In this document: positions 1 through 12,707 of the stretch, piece by piece
How positions within the stretch are numbered: the stretch's first letter is position 1
How the letters are laid out: each line of letters opens with the position of its first letter
Assembly (NCBI GenBank): GCA_964016885.1
Contig: CAXHJY010000109.1
Location: 124,001 to 188,000, forward strand
Source: Eledone cirrhosa
Lineage: Eukaryota
Direction: 5' to 3'
DNA: 64,000 bases
Translations under genes and position numbers: made by a program
Notes under the pieces: generated by a model
Told to the model about the DNA's origin: nothing
What the model saw: the letters and a program-made list of their open reading frames with translations, nothing else
Databases searched by the model: none

Positions 1-125
1 CCACCAACATTACTACCATCAACACTACCACTAACACTCATCACTACCAACAACAACACTACTACTACCCACACTACCACCACCACCACTACCATCAACA
101 CTACCACCACTACCAACACCACTAA
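1..125. repeat. degenerate (CAC/TAC/AAC)n low-complexity tract
   Basis: Mixed ACC/ACT/AAC triplets. Confidence 0.9.
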
Positions 126-138
126 CACCATAAAACAC

Positions 139-203
139 GATAAAATAAAGTACCAGTAATGCACTGAGTGATTGCTGGCCTTGTGCCAAAAGTAGAAACA
201 ATT
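139..203 (+). mobile_element. 3' fragment of tRNA-derived SINE (family A)
   Basis: GATAAAATAAAGTACCAGTAATGCACTG...TTGCTGGCCTTGTGCCAAAAGTAGAAACAATT matches the 3' end of the full copy at 9755-9944. Confidence 0.85.
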
Positions 204-236
204 ATATACACATACACATATATACACACACACACA

Positions 237-269
<33 letters not shown>

Positions 270-932
270 CACTCACACACACATACATATGAAAGCAGAC
301 ACATTCATCCATTCACATACACAATCTCATTGTAACAGAAATGGAATTTTCCTGTTGGTCTAAAGAAACGGTCGTAAATCAATTTTAATTAAAATACTTC
401 ATAATCTTATATATATATATATATATATATAAGATTATGTATATATATATATATGTCATTTTAGTTTGGTCGCTGACACAGTTCCGCTGCAATTGTGAAA
501 CTGTGTCAGTAACCAGATTGCAAAGATTGCGAAGTAAATGTTAAGACCAAGAAATAAATTATAACTGTAAAGTGAATTTAATAGTTTATGATATAATTGC
601 TATAATTTCAATATACTAGGATATTTTCACCATGCTTGTGTGTATATATATATATATATATACCACAACTATTATAAACACCTTGCATATTTCTATAGGT
701 ACCTAGTGCCTGTTGAAATATCCATACCCTTTTATGATTTTTCTCCTTATGTAGAGAACAAAACGTTGTATCGTGCTGCTAGTTTTAGTGGCATGATCAG
801 TTTATAATAAACAGCTCTTACTTGTGGCCTAATTTTGCGTGTGTGTCATTTTAACGGCCTGACCGCATGCGTTAGGCAGGAAGCGAAATATTGACTTACT
901 GTGAGATTAGCAACCTTATAGTATGGAAATAA

Positions 933-1012
933 GTTGTCTGAAGATCTAATTCTTTCCATTAGAAATTCTCTGGATTTCCAATCTTTGGATTGGTGAAACC
1001 GTCGGTAACAGC
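933..1012 (+). ncRNA. type I hammerhead ribozyme motif with extended stem II (PLE-type end)
   Basis: Stem I GTTGT/ACAGC; CTGAAGA at 938; stem II T.T then CTAATTC/GGATTGG, ~50 nt in total; GAAA at 995; stem III CCG-T-CGG; GUA site. Confidence 0.7.
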
Positions 1013-1189
1013 AACAGAACAGGTGATTATTTAAATCGTTTTTTAATTTATTTAAAGGATTGTTTGATAATTGCTTGCTCCGATCATTTATACATATATA
1101 TATAGTGAAAAATGGAACGGGACCAAAACAGAGAGGCAGTACGAACAAAGGTTTATTAGTTTCACGTTCTTGAGAGTGGGGGGATGGGG

Positions 1190-1222
1190 AACGACGTTTC
1201 GGGCATAAGCCCTCTTCAGGCG
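1190..1222 (-). ncRNA. minimal hammerhead ribozyme motif (Penelope-type)
   Basis: Minus strand reads CTGAAGA GGGC-TTAT-GCCC GAAA CG TC. Stem I is weak. Confidence 0.65.
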
Positions 1223-1267
1223 AAAAGTGTGTGGGAAGAGAGTTCCGAGGGTGTGTAGGCAAGTGGA

Positions 1268-1305
<38 letters not shown>

Positions 1306-1789
1306 GCGAAAACACAGACACACTTACAAAAATACACACTCACAGATATACATTCACACAAATACACAAACATTCACACATTCGCACAAACACACACACA
1401 CATATACATTTACACAAACACTCACACACAGCGCAGCAAATGGAACGCCATTCGCTGTTTTACTGTAGTTTTTTCACTACACACTTCCTTCCTTTTACAC
1501 ACACACACACACAGATTGTGTGACGGACGGAAGTCGCTGAAATTTATATATAGATATCTTCTCAGACGTTGTATCTGTCATGTCCTGAAATAAGCTGATC
1601 AGTTAGAAGAATGAGTATATGCTGACAGTAAGTGTGCGGGGAGCTGGGTTTATTCTTTATTTTAGTCACCCCGTACGACCTGAAATCAGTACTTAAAGTT
1701 ATAAGTTTTGTAACATAGAACCCCATCCAATTTTCAGGAGGTTTTCCTTATCATTCTTCGCACACTTATTTCTGAGAAGGTCGTAGGTG

Positions 1790-2135
1790 CGAGTTCTCAA
1801 ATACTCGTTCCACCAGGTCCTGTCAGAACCAACCGTCTGCAATTGATCCGACTGGATCCCCAAGAGAGACCATCCAAGTTCATGGATGTTGTCCAACCAT
1901 CTTGCTCTGGGTCTCCTATCAGTTGGTTTTGCCCAGCGATTCTTTCCTAAGACATTCTAACCACATGCCCATAGTATAAGAGCTGTGATCTCTCAATTCA
2001 GAGAAGTGGAGGCTCTACCTGGTATGACTCTGATCTCCGAGCTACGTACTTTATCGAGTAACGTTACTCCCAAGACCCTTCGAAGGAACCATATTTTGGT
2101 TCTTGTATTCACGATCGTATTCTTTCGGTTTGGTA
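1790..2135 (-). mobile_element. RTE-clade LINE 3' fragment (degenerate)
   Basis: Broken reading ...GHVVRMS...RARWLDNIHELGWSLLGIQSDQLQTVGSDRTWW. Related copies at 3590-3870 and 8890-9280. Confidence 0.7.
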
Positions 2136-2930
2136 CCTATAGTAATATGTGCCAGTGTATGTATAGCGTTTGGCTTTATTTGATATCCTAAAATATTAAC
2201 TTGCAGTTTACAATAGCCATTCGTTACGCATTGCTTAATAGAAATACAATCACCTTATCACTAATCTGCTTCATATCACATGACAGCAGAGACCAACAGA
2301 AAATTTCCCCCAGGCTGATTGCAACAAAGGCAACGATAACGACCAAATAATAGTAAAAAATAGTGTTGGGATGGAGGAGATATTTAGTATTTTGAATGGA
2401 GTACCAAGAAATTATCTTAAGTCCTACTAGCAGATTGCATTAACCTAAGCTTGGATAATAATTATTCAAGGAAATTTTCTAAAGCGGAAAGCTTTTAATT
2501 GCAACCTTTTAAATCCGTCACCGCGCGACAGGAAGAAAAAAAAACCATATAATTTGAACCAATTACTATTAAATATTAAATTTGCAAAAAGGAAAATAAA
2601 ATAAAATCAGTGAAAAGAAGGAAGTTGTAGATGAAGTTCTAGTTAAAGAGATGCTTAATATGCTCTTCCATTCACTCACTAATCGCCTTATATAATGGCC
2701 GCCTCACTGCCACCATTTCACCTTTTATTTTTTTTATTAACTATTTTTTTGTTTCATTTTTCTTGTTTGTTTGTGTTTTTTTTTGTTTTTGTTTTTCTTC
2801 TCCCAGCACATTTTTACTAATTGAAATAACAGCGTTCACTAATAGAGTCAGCTTTGGTGGTTTAATGCCTTCATGTGTAAAGCACCGGACGAAATAACTC
2901 CTTATAATAATTAATATTAATTTCTTTGGT

Positions 2931-3298
2931 TCGATAAAATAAAGTACCAGTAATGCACTGGGTAATTGCTGGCCTTGTGCCTAAAGTAGAAACAATTAAT
3001 TTCTTTGGTTCTTTACGTTCTGTGGTCAAATCTTATCAAGGTCAAATTTACATTTCGTCCTTACGGGGTCTATAAAATACAGTACCAGTCATGTACTTGG
3101 GTTGATTTAATCCAAATTGCTGGCCTGGTGTCTAAATTAGAATGGATTGGCAGTATCGGTCGACGGTCGAACGCCATGCTTTGCAGCATAGAGTTACGCC
3201 TCTTTATGATCTGAGTTCAAATCCCGCCAAGGTTAACTTTACCTTTCATCCTTACAAGGTCGATAATTGCTGGCCTTGTGCCAAAAGAGGAAACAATA
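2931..3298 (+). mobile_element. cluster of three SINE family A pieces
   Basis: A 3' piece, an older variant, and a copy with A box TGGCAGTATCGG, B box GAGTTCAAATCC and an internal deletion. Confidence 0.8.
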
Positions 3299-3589
3299 TT
3301 CGTTGGGAGAATTATAAGTGACGGGGTGTAAATGTGTATGTGTGTGTATGTGCGTGCGCATGTATGTGTGTGCACGTATGTGTGTGCACGTATGTGTGTG
3401 CACGTATGTGTGTGCATGTATGTGTATGCATGAATGTGTGTGTATATGTGTATGCATATTTGTGAGATACGAATTTAAGAGATACGAAGTTCGATTCATC
3501 GTAGCTACTGCTTTCAACTTTGTTTTCCGTCTATAAGGTTATTTTACCCCCATTTCCTTAGCTGTTATTTATACCTATAGACTGATTAC

Positions 3590-3870
3590 ATGACCATATC
3601 CATCACCATAAGTAGGACCGTTCCTCCTCCGAGTGGAGAGATCCCAGCTGCGATACTATGGGTATGTGGGTAGAATGTGTCAGGAAAAAAATCACCGGAG
3701 ATATTTTACAGGCAAAACCAACCGGTAGGAGGCGCAGGGCTAGACTCCAAGCAAAATAGTTGGATAACATCCATCAGCTTTGCTGGTCACCTTTGGGAAT
3801 CCACCCAGATCAATTGGTGATTGTTGCTTCTGACAAGGAGTGCGTGAAGGCTCCCCCCCCCCCCACGACA
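3590..3870 (+). mobile_element. RTE-clade LINE 3' fragment
   Basis: Reading ...QLRYYGYVGRMCQE...AKPTGRRRRARLQAK*LDNIHQLCWSPLGIHPDQLVIVASDKE, homologous to 1790-2135. Confidence 0.7.
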
Positions 3871-4846
3871 CTCTCAAGAAGAAGAAGAAGAAAAAAAAGA
3901 AGAAAAAGAAAAGAAGACCACGACTGTGATTACAGATATTTTCGGACTTTTCTAAGTATTTCAGTCTTGTCAACGGTCTCCATTACTTTACTTTCCTTTC
4001 GAAATGTATGTTTACGTGTGTATGTACCCTGAACACTGTGCTGGTTTGTGATTATATATATATATATACATACATATAATGGAGAATCAAGCACCGACGG
4101 TTGAGCTCATGCCGTTTTGACAGCAAATTCTCATTTCAAAATTTTGCTGTCGAAAAATTTGCTAACTATTATATTTACACTCTACTAAATGAATGCATGC
4201 TAGGTTTCACAGCTCTAGCATCACTATTCTATAGTCAGCCTATGACAAAGATACTCTCATGGAATGACCAAATGAGGTTTATTTTATACTACCTGGAAAG
4301 AAACAATGCAGTTATTAATAAGAAGAGTTGAAATGAACGCATGCTAGATTTCACAGCTCTAGTATCATTCATTCATAGTCAGCCTATGAACTTAAGCCAA
4401 AGTCTCATTTCTTGCGGGGCGGGGCGGTATAAGCTAGATGGACTCAAATAAGATGGTTTTACTTATAGAATACCACAACCATGGTTCCTGGAATTCAGAA
4501 AACAACATTGATCATTCCAAGACATTGAAATAACAAATAACAATTTCTTCATCAGGGGAAGAATTTTTTAGGATAAGAAGTTGAATACATGTGATACATA
4601 CAATGTTGTTGCCGACTACATGGTGTCCAACATGTTGGGACACTGAATTACTGTATGAATATATCTCAACGTATTAAGACGATACGACGGGTTTATATCA
4701 ACGCTAGAAATAGCAGCCAAAACCGTCTTAATCAACTCAACAATGACTGAGCAGTTAATTAATTTTTAAAGTTAATCGTATCCAATACTTAGACATCTCA
4801 ATAAAAGAATATATTGACAAATTATAAATTATCTACTCAGAGAAGT

Positions 4847-4905
<59 letters not shown>

Positions 4906-5164
4906 GGCTGCAACACAATTTCAAGTAATACCATCGCTTAATATTTAATCATGAGCATCACGGACGTGGCTGTTTAGTCCTACTATGGACTTGCCTGTGG
5001 CCAGCAATACCACGCATCGCAAGAAAAATGTCACATATCAAGTGATGCCCGTGCTTGAAACTTTTTTAAGTGAGGAAAGGCTTAACATGGGGTCAATCCC
5101 ACTCTCTGAACATCGAATACATTTACCCAAAAAGAAGAACTGGTCTACATTATTGGATGCAAAC

Positions 5165-5937
5165 GATGTCGGAGGTTTTATATCAGAGTGACCTTCTCCT
5201 AGAGAGATATCTTAATGAAGACTAGGAGTCTCTCACTCCTCAGATGTCACAGGTTTTATATCAGAGTGACCTTCTCCTAGAGAGATGTCTTAATGAAGAC
5301 TAGGAGTCTCTCACTCCTCGGATGTCACAGGTTTTATATCAGAGTGACCTTCTCCTAGAGAGATGTCTTAATGAAGACTAGGAGTCTCTCACTCCTCAGA
5401 TGTCACAGGTTTTATATCAGAGTGACCTTCTCCTAGAGAGATGTCTTAATGAAGACTAGGAGTTTCTCACTCCTCAGATGTCGGAGGTTTTATATCAGAG
5501 TGACCTTCTCCTAGAGAGATGTCTTAATGAAGACTAGGGGTCTCTCACTCCTCAGATGTCACCGGTTTTATATCAGAGTGACCTTCTCCTAGAGAGATGT
5601 CTTAATGAAGACTAGGAGTCTCTCACTCCTCGGATGTCACAGGTTTTATATCAGAGTGACCTTCTCCTAGAGAGATGTCTTAATGAAGACTAGGAGTCTC
5701 TCACTCCTCAGATGTCACCGGTTTTATATCAGAGTGACCTTCTCCTAGAGAGATGTCTTAAGGAAGACTAGGAGTCTCTCACTCCTCAGATGTCACAGGT
5801 TTTATATCAGAGTGACCTTCTCCTAGAGAGATGTCTTAATGAAGACTAGGAGTCTCTCACTCCTCAGATGTCACAGGTTTTATATCAGAGTGACCTTCTC
5901 CTAGAGAGATGTCTTAATGAAGACTCGGAGTCTCTCG
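5165..5937. repeat. 78-bp tandem repeat, ~10 copies
   Basis: Unit GGTTTTATATCAGAGTGACCTTCTCCTAGAGAGATGTCTTAATGAAGACTAGGAGTCTCTCACTCCTCAGATGTCACA, with starts at 5174, 5252, 5330 and onward. Confidence 0.95.
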
Positions 5938-6108
5938 CTGCACAAAAAGAAATAAATAGACTTTATTGGATGGCCGTTGACACTCCTGAGTTCCTCCGCC
6001 CTTTGACGGATTTTGATTGTCATCCCGCAGCTTGGTGGGGGTCGTCGGTTTAGTCACCGACGACCCGACCATGCACACAGATTGTACGCACGCACACACA
6101 CACATATC

Positions 6109-6142
<34 letters not shown>

Positions 6143-6149
6143 TATCATA

Positions 6150-6295
6150 AGACAGGCTTCCGAACCTTTCTTCAGCTTAACTGCACTCGCATGACATCAA
6201 ACAACCCAAGGCTATTGTAAAAGATACTTGCTCAAGGTGCCTCGCAGCGTCACTGATCCTAGAACTACGTCATTGTGTAGTGAAGACATTAATCC
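6150..6295 (-). mobile_element. degenerate CORE-like SINE (family B)
   Basis: GGCTATTGTAAAAGATACTTGCTCAAGGTGCC motif, similar to 41535-41690. Confidence 0.55.
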
Positions 6296-6302
6296 CATCA
6301 TC

Positions 6303-6338
<36 letters not shown>

Positions 6339-7465
6339 GGTGGTGGTGGTAGTAGTGGTAGTAGCAGCAGTAGTAGTAGTGGTAGTAGTAGTGGTAGTAG
6401 TAGTAGTGGAGGTAGTAGTAGTAGTAGTAGAAAGTGCACAAATGTACAAACACCGCCATTACCCCGCCCCTACAAACATCTCCCCAAACAACAACAGCAC
6501 CATCCTTACCACTAACTTCAAACCCTTCCACTACCACAGCTACCACCACCATCACTAGTTTTCACCACCTCCATTACCAACACCACTACTATGAAACACC
6601 ACAACCAACACTACTACTACTAACACCACCACCCCAACAACAACAATAACACCACCACTACCAATACTACCACTACCAGCACCACCCAATAACGACGAGA
6701 ACAATAACACCACCACTACCACCACCCGAACAACAATAACACCACCACTACCACCAACACCACTCCAACAATAATAACACCACCACTACCACCACCAATA
6801 CTACTACTACTACCAACACCACCCCAATAACGACAACAATAACACCACCAACAATACTACTACCACCAACACCACCCCATCAGCGATACCAATAACACCA
6901 CCAACACCAGTACTACCAACACCACTCCAACAACAACACCACCAACACCACCACCATCAATACTACCACCACAACAACAACAATAACATCACCACCACCA
7001 ACCACCACTATCCCACCTCCATCAATACTACCACCAGCACCTCGCCAACAACAACGTCAACAATAACACCTTCACCACCATCACCACCACGACAACCACC
7101 ACCACCACCACCACGACAATCACCACCACCACCATCACCATAACCATCACCACCCCCACCACCACAATCACCACCACCACCACAACCAACAACACCATCA
7201 CCAACACCATCACCACCACTACCACCATCACCAGCATCACCACAACCACCACGACAACCACCACCACCACTACCACGACAATCATCACCACCACCAACAA
7301 CACCATCACCACCATCACCACCACCACCACCATCACCACCACCATCACCACCAACATCACCACAACCAACCACCACGACCAACCACCACCACCACCACCA
7401 CAACAACCACCACGACAATCACCACCACCATCACCTCTAACAACCACAGCAACAATTACAACAAC
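6303..7465. repeat. (GTA/GGT)n followed by (CAC/CAA/TAC)n low-complexity tracts
   Basis: Trinucleotide mixtures that explain the ORFs at 6212-7636. Confidence 0.9.
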
Positions 7466-8458
7466 AACGGTAGTAGTGTTGGAATGAAAAGCATGGTGTT
7501 GCAGGCAAAAGATGAAAAACGAACAACGAAAATATAACCAAGCAACAAACAAATAAAAAAGCATTTGTAAAATGTGGAACTGAAAGAGGAACGAAGAAGA
7601 CAAACTATAGAGAAAATAGTGAAATACAGGTTGCATGATGAGAAAGCTATCTTGTCTTGTCTAATCAAAAACAATATATCAGGTTTATTTATGCTATATT
7701 TATAACAATATGGTTCGTTAGCTGCTATTATTGTGCAAAGCCGACCAAGTCATTCTATTAGAGAAGTGTCGGCCATTTTTCAAGCGACTTAAACATGGTG
7801 TATAAGGACAAACAATAAGTTAATTAGATAGGAAAAGCCCGAGAAAAATATGTACTGATAATTAACATCATTGAAATATATGAGTGATAGAAAAGTTAGT
7901 AACTGTTTCATGTATTTCATGTTTGTTCCTAACAATCCACCGACAATGAAAACCCCTTAGCAATTACATCTGCATACAGACTTGTATCCAGATCATGAGA
8001 TATCACTGTGGCTTCTTCTCGTGTTGATGATGATGATGATGATGATGTTGCTGTTGATGATGATGGTGGTGGTATTGCTGTTGCTGATGGTGATGATGGA
8101 GTTGATGATGGAGTTGATGATGATGATGTGATGATGATGATGATACTCGGCTCACACGCTGCAAAAACAAGCTGCTGCAAACTGAATTTCGTCGTTAAAT
8201 GAAAAATACAAAATATAAGACTGTAAGAATGTGTAAGGAACAGACGATAGTGTACACTTGGAATGTTCGAATATAGGAGCGTCCACACACACACACACAC
8301 ATACGTACGTACACACACACACGTACACACACACGTACACATAATTAACATGGCACATGGATCATTTGAAGTATTGATTGATCTACGATAGAGGTGTGCA
8401 CTGAATATGAAATTTTCAAATATATACACATAACTATACATATACAAACCCATACACC

Positions 8459-8499
<41 letters not shown>

Positions 8500-8889
8500 G
8501 ACATAATGTACATACATATAAACAGATATAAGCCTACGTGCACATATATTAAAAAAAACATACATACATACATACATACACACAAAGACACATATATAAA
8601 CCTATAGGTATCCATATACACCCATTCAAATTTCACCAATGTGATCATTTCTGACATAAATCTATATAAGTATCAATGACATAGCGAGTTCGATATAATC
8701 GAACACTTTCGTCGCCATATTTCCAATGAAAGATTCTGCTTATGAATATCAATAATTCGGAAATTAACCAAGAATTTAAATGGATCTAATATTATAACGT
8801 TCCCATTATTTGGTGATTAGAGAGGAATTTAGTGCAAGTAATAGATTTTGGCTGATGAGTTTTCGTCTTCTTCACCAACTTATTTAGTG

Positions 8890-9280
8890 CAACCATCTCT
8901 AATTGATCTAACTGGATCCTCAATCAAGACCAGCCAAAATCATAGATGTTATCCAATTGATCCGGTTGGATCCCTAAGTGAGACTAGCCAAGCTGAGGGC
9001 TGTTATCCAAACATCTAGCTCGGGATCTACCCCCTGGGTCTCCTGCCGGTTAGATTTGCCCGAAAAAAATATGTCCAGCGATTCTTTTGAGACATTCGAA
9101 CCACATGCCCATAGTATAGAAGCTGTGATCTCTCAATTCAGATAAGTAACGGTTCTACCTGGAGTGACCCTCTGATGTCCGAGTTACGCACTCTATCGAG
9201 TAACCTTACTCCAATGACCCTTCGGTGAAACCCCATTTCGGCCGCTTGTATTCCTGGTCGTTTTCTTTGTGTCATTACTG
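8890..9280 (-). mobile_element. RTE-clade LINE 3' fragment
   Basis: Shares ACCACATGCCCATAGTAT..AGCTGTGATCTCTCAATTCAGA..TATCGAGTAAC with 1790-2135. Confidence 0.75.
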
Positions 9281-9345
9281 AGAGTTTTTTTGTTATAAAA
9301 ATATAAAACGACACTTTAACCGTTACAAAATATTTCTAAGAACCG

Positions 9346-9540
9346 TGGATTGGCAATGTAGGTAGAGAGTCGGAGAACATGCTTTGTGGCATTTAGTTAC
9401 AGCCCTGTATATTCTGAGGTTAGCTTTACCTTTCATCCTTACGGGGTAGATAAAACGAAGTACCAGTCACGCACTGGGGTCGATTTTATCGACTTCACCT
9501 CCACAATTGATGGCTTTGTACCTAATTCAGAAAATATTAT
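9346..9540 (+). mobile_element. older SINE family A variant
   Basis: GTGGATTGGCA head plus CCTTTCATCCTTACGGGGTAGATAAAA..GTACCAGT core. Confidence 0.7.
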
Positions 9541-9754
9541 CATCTTCCTTCGGTTGGTTACGTATGTGTGTGTATGTTTAATTGTGTGTGTACGAGTATG
9601 TTTGCATGCGTGTCTATGTTTGCATGCGTGTCTATTTCTCTCTATATAGATACATTATGTATGTACGTGTGTATGTATGTGTATTTTGCATGCGTGCCTA
9701 TTTCTCTCTATATATACATACATTATATATATATATATATGTATATATGTATAA

Positions 9755-9944
9755 GGGCGGTGGATTGGCAGTATCGGTGGAGGGTCGGACGCCATGCTTT
9801 CCAGCATAGTTATGTCCCTTTACGATCTAAGTTCAAATCCCGCCGAGGTTGACTTTGCCTTTCATCCTTGCGGGGGTCGATAAAATAAAGTACCAGTAAT
9901 GCACTGGGTAATTGCTGGCCTTGTGCCTAAAGTAGAAACAATTA
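9755..9944 (+). mobile_element. full-length tRNA-derived SINE (family A, ~190 bp)
   Basis: A box TGGCAGTATCGG, B box AAGTTCAAATCC, central GCCTTTCATCCTT.CGGGGTCGATAAAATAAAGTACCAG (resembles the Meta/MESC SINE domain, from memory), AT-rich tail. Confidence 0.9.
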
Positions 9945-10089
9945 TATTTATATATGTATGAATGTGTGTGTGTCTTTCTCTATTACATAGACACACGCAT
10001 ACATACATGCACATGCACACATTCATACATATACACACATACAAGTACGTACAGACACACACATACATATATGTGTGTGCGCGTGTGTG

Positions 10090-10800
10090 TCTCAGGCAGG
10101 CAGTGGTTGTAACTCAAACAGACAGAATCAAAAGCCATCAATAGACGTCATATGAGAGGCTGGAGCTCAAAAGATAAAGGGACGTAACTATGCCGCAATG
10201 CTTGCCCGATGCTCTACTGATTCTGGCAATCCCCCACCCTTAACAACAACAACAATATTAATGGTTTCTACATATGACACAATTTAAAGGGGACAGCAAA
10301 GCCGATTATAGTGACCCTCAGCACTTGACTGCTACTTTAGTTTATCGACCCCAGGAGGAGGAAAGATAAAGTTACACAAGGCCAAAAATATTTGGGGGGG
10401 GGGGAGAAAGTCAATGAAATCGACCCCAGTACATTACTGGTACTTTATCTTATCGACCCTGTAAGGATGAAAGTCAAAGCTAAGCTAACCTCGGTGAGAT
10501 TTGAACTCAGAACGTAAAGGGCAGCAACTACAAAGCATTTTGTCCGACACCGACGATCTACTGATTTTCTCAATCTAATACTAACAATATTGTTGATTTC
10601 TATATTAGGCGCAAGGCCAGCAATATTTGGGGGAGGGGGGGGTCGATTGAATTGACCCCAGTGTATTACTGGTACCTTATTTATTCGACCCCGTAAGGCT
10701 GAAAGGCAAAACTAACCTCGGCGCGATTTGAACTCAGAACGTAAAGGGCCGTAACTTCAAAGTATTTTTTTTCCGATGCTCTACCGAATCTGTTACTCTA
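10090..10800 (-). mobile_element. three to four tandem minus-strand SINE family A copies (older variants)
   Basis: Repeated ACTGGTAC..TTATCGACCC.GTAAGG.TGAAAG..AACCTCGG..GATTTGAACTCAGAAC. Confidence 0.8.
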
Positions 10801-11531
10801 ATAATAATAATATTACAAAAGCTGTATTTCCGCCTTGGCTTGGCCTAATTCTGTTTATTTTAATTAATTTCAAAAACTTAATTTCATTAAACTAAACAAA
10901 AAAAAAAATAAAAATAGAAAAAAAATTTAATTCAAATTTAAATTTAATTAATTCATAAATCCAAAGTTAGCTGAGAGCAGTCAAGGGAATTAAATTCCAT
11001 TCTTTTAATCTGCTAAATTCTTTAGAAGTGAGTCGTAAAGTTAAGACCAACAGAAATTACTTTGTTCCAATTACAAAAGTCTATTTTCTTCTTCCTAAAT
11101 AACCTTTCTGAACTAAATTTAATATTGCATTGCTTTATTGTACTAATTTCGACACTAAATCACTTTTAAAATGGCGATTGTCAGCCGCTTGAGGCCTGGA
11201 AGTCATTCCAAACACAATCTACATATTACACATTGAATGAAAAATCAAAAACTAGAAGTAAGAGTGTAAAAATAAAACTGTTTGGTTCTGAATGTAATCG
11301 TGTTTATTGGTTTTGATCATAATTCGAAATATTTCACGAGAAGCTAGATATGCAAATGTATTTCAGGAGTGATTTAACTGTGAAAATCTTGTAGTAATTT
11401 AGTAGATTTTTAAGATGACACCGGGTTGGAAACAGGGGAAAATTCAGACACAATGCTAGAGAGGGTGAGCTGGAGGGGTAACACCGTCATGGCATCAACG
11501 GATGAACAGAAGATAAATTTAGTAGAAAATA

Positions 11532-11712
11532 TTGGTTTCTTATATAGGCACAAGGCCAGCAATTTGGGGGGGGGGGGGAAGTCGATTAAATCGACCTCAG
11601 TGCGTGTCTGGTACTTTATTTTATCGACCCCGTAAGGATGAATGGCATAGTTAACCTCGGCGGGATTTGAACTCAGTTCATAAAGGGCCGTAACTCTATG
11701 CTGCAAAGCATA
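11532..11712 (-). mobile_element. SINE family A variant
   Basis: GGCACAAGGCCAGCAA..CTGGTACTTTATTTTATCGACCCCGTAAGGATG..GGATTTGAACTC. Confidence 0.85.
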
Positions 11713-12430
11713 GAAAAATGGCTTTGTTAATTCAAATGTGTATAGTGTCGTTACTAGTCGAGGAACATTCGTGAAAGTTGGCAGGATTAGTGTAAAGACG
11801 TCAACATTCTATGTGATGCCTTGCTAATGTGGTTCCATGTGGTACAGGACGATCAGCCAATACAAAGATGCCAGCGTAACACATGACTTACTAGAAATAA
11901 GAGTAAAACTACCCTCAAATCGAACAGTGTGTGTATAAAGGAAAGTAGGAAAGACATTTATTAATTGTAGATATACTACGTTTGAAAGAAGAGGCAAAAC
12001 AGGATGGTCACGGTTGGAGTACACTTGATAGTATTGATGAATGTGTCGGATCAACAATGGCAGCCATGAAAATAACATTTGACTTAAGTAAATGAGAGAG
12101 AGAGAGAGCCTAAATAGATACGTACATAATACATACATACATGCATACGTACGTATCTACATACATGCATGCATACATGCAGACATACCTACCTTGTTGC
12201 TGTTTATATTCCATTGAGAGTCTTGTGTCTATGTTAGAAACCGACTCTCTCTCTCTCTTGGTAAAAATTTATAAAATTATGAAACCCGAACACTCACGCG
12301 CGCGCGTGTGCGTGTGCATATTTCTAAATAGAAGAAAATTAATTAACTTTATTTAGTTATTACGGATGAATTGCCAATAACGTAAAGAATTCCTCACACC
12401 AGTTCTCCTGTGTATATATATATATATATA

Positions 12431-12540
12431 GGAACGAGTGGGACCCCGACGGCTGAGCTCAAGCCGTTTCGACGGCTAATTCTGGGTCCAGAATTAGCCG
12501 TCTAAACGGCTTGAGCTCAGCCGTCGGGGTCCCACTCGTT

Positions 12541-12542
<2 letters not shown>
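12431..12542. mobile_element. 112-bp near-perfect palindrome inside (TA)n; fold-back of two HHR 3' halves
   Basis: GGAACGAGTGGGACCCCGACGGCTGAGCTCAAGCCGTTTCGACGGCTAATTCTGG followed by its reverse complement. The minus arm reads GAAA CGGC-TTGAGCTCA-GCCG TC. Related pieces at 4093-4155 and 51143-51160. Confidence 0.7.
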
Positions 12543-12587
<45 letters not shown>

Positions 12588-12656
12588 TCTACTACCCTAA
12601 GTATTGAGTACTTTGGTGCGTTATGGTCCATCTGGTTCCTTACCACATTTCCTTCG

Positions 12657-12707
<51 letters not shown>

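Noticed and set aside
4485-4560. Degenerate HHR-like cores here and at ~29428, ~32751 and ~45500
   Set aside because: GAAA, the NUH site or the stems are missing or mutated.
5960-6075. Twister-like words (TAA, CAAGC, GGCGGAGG) on the minus strand
   Set aside because: The P2/P4 pairings required by the twister consensus cannot be formed.
9755-9850. tRNA gene (A and B boxes)
   Set aside because: It is the head of a multi-copy SINE, with no cloverleaf or terminator.
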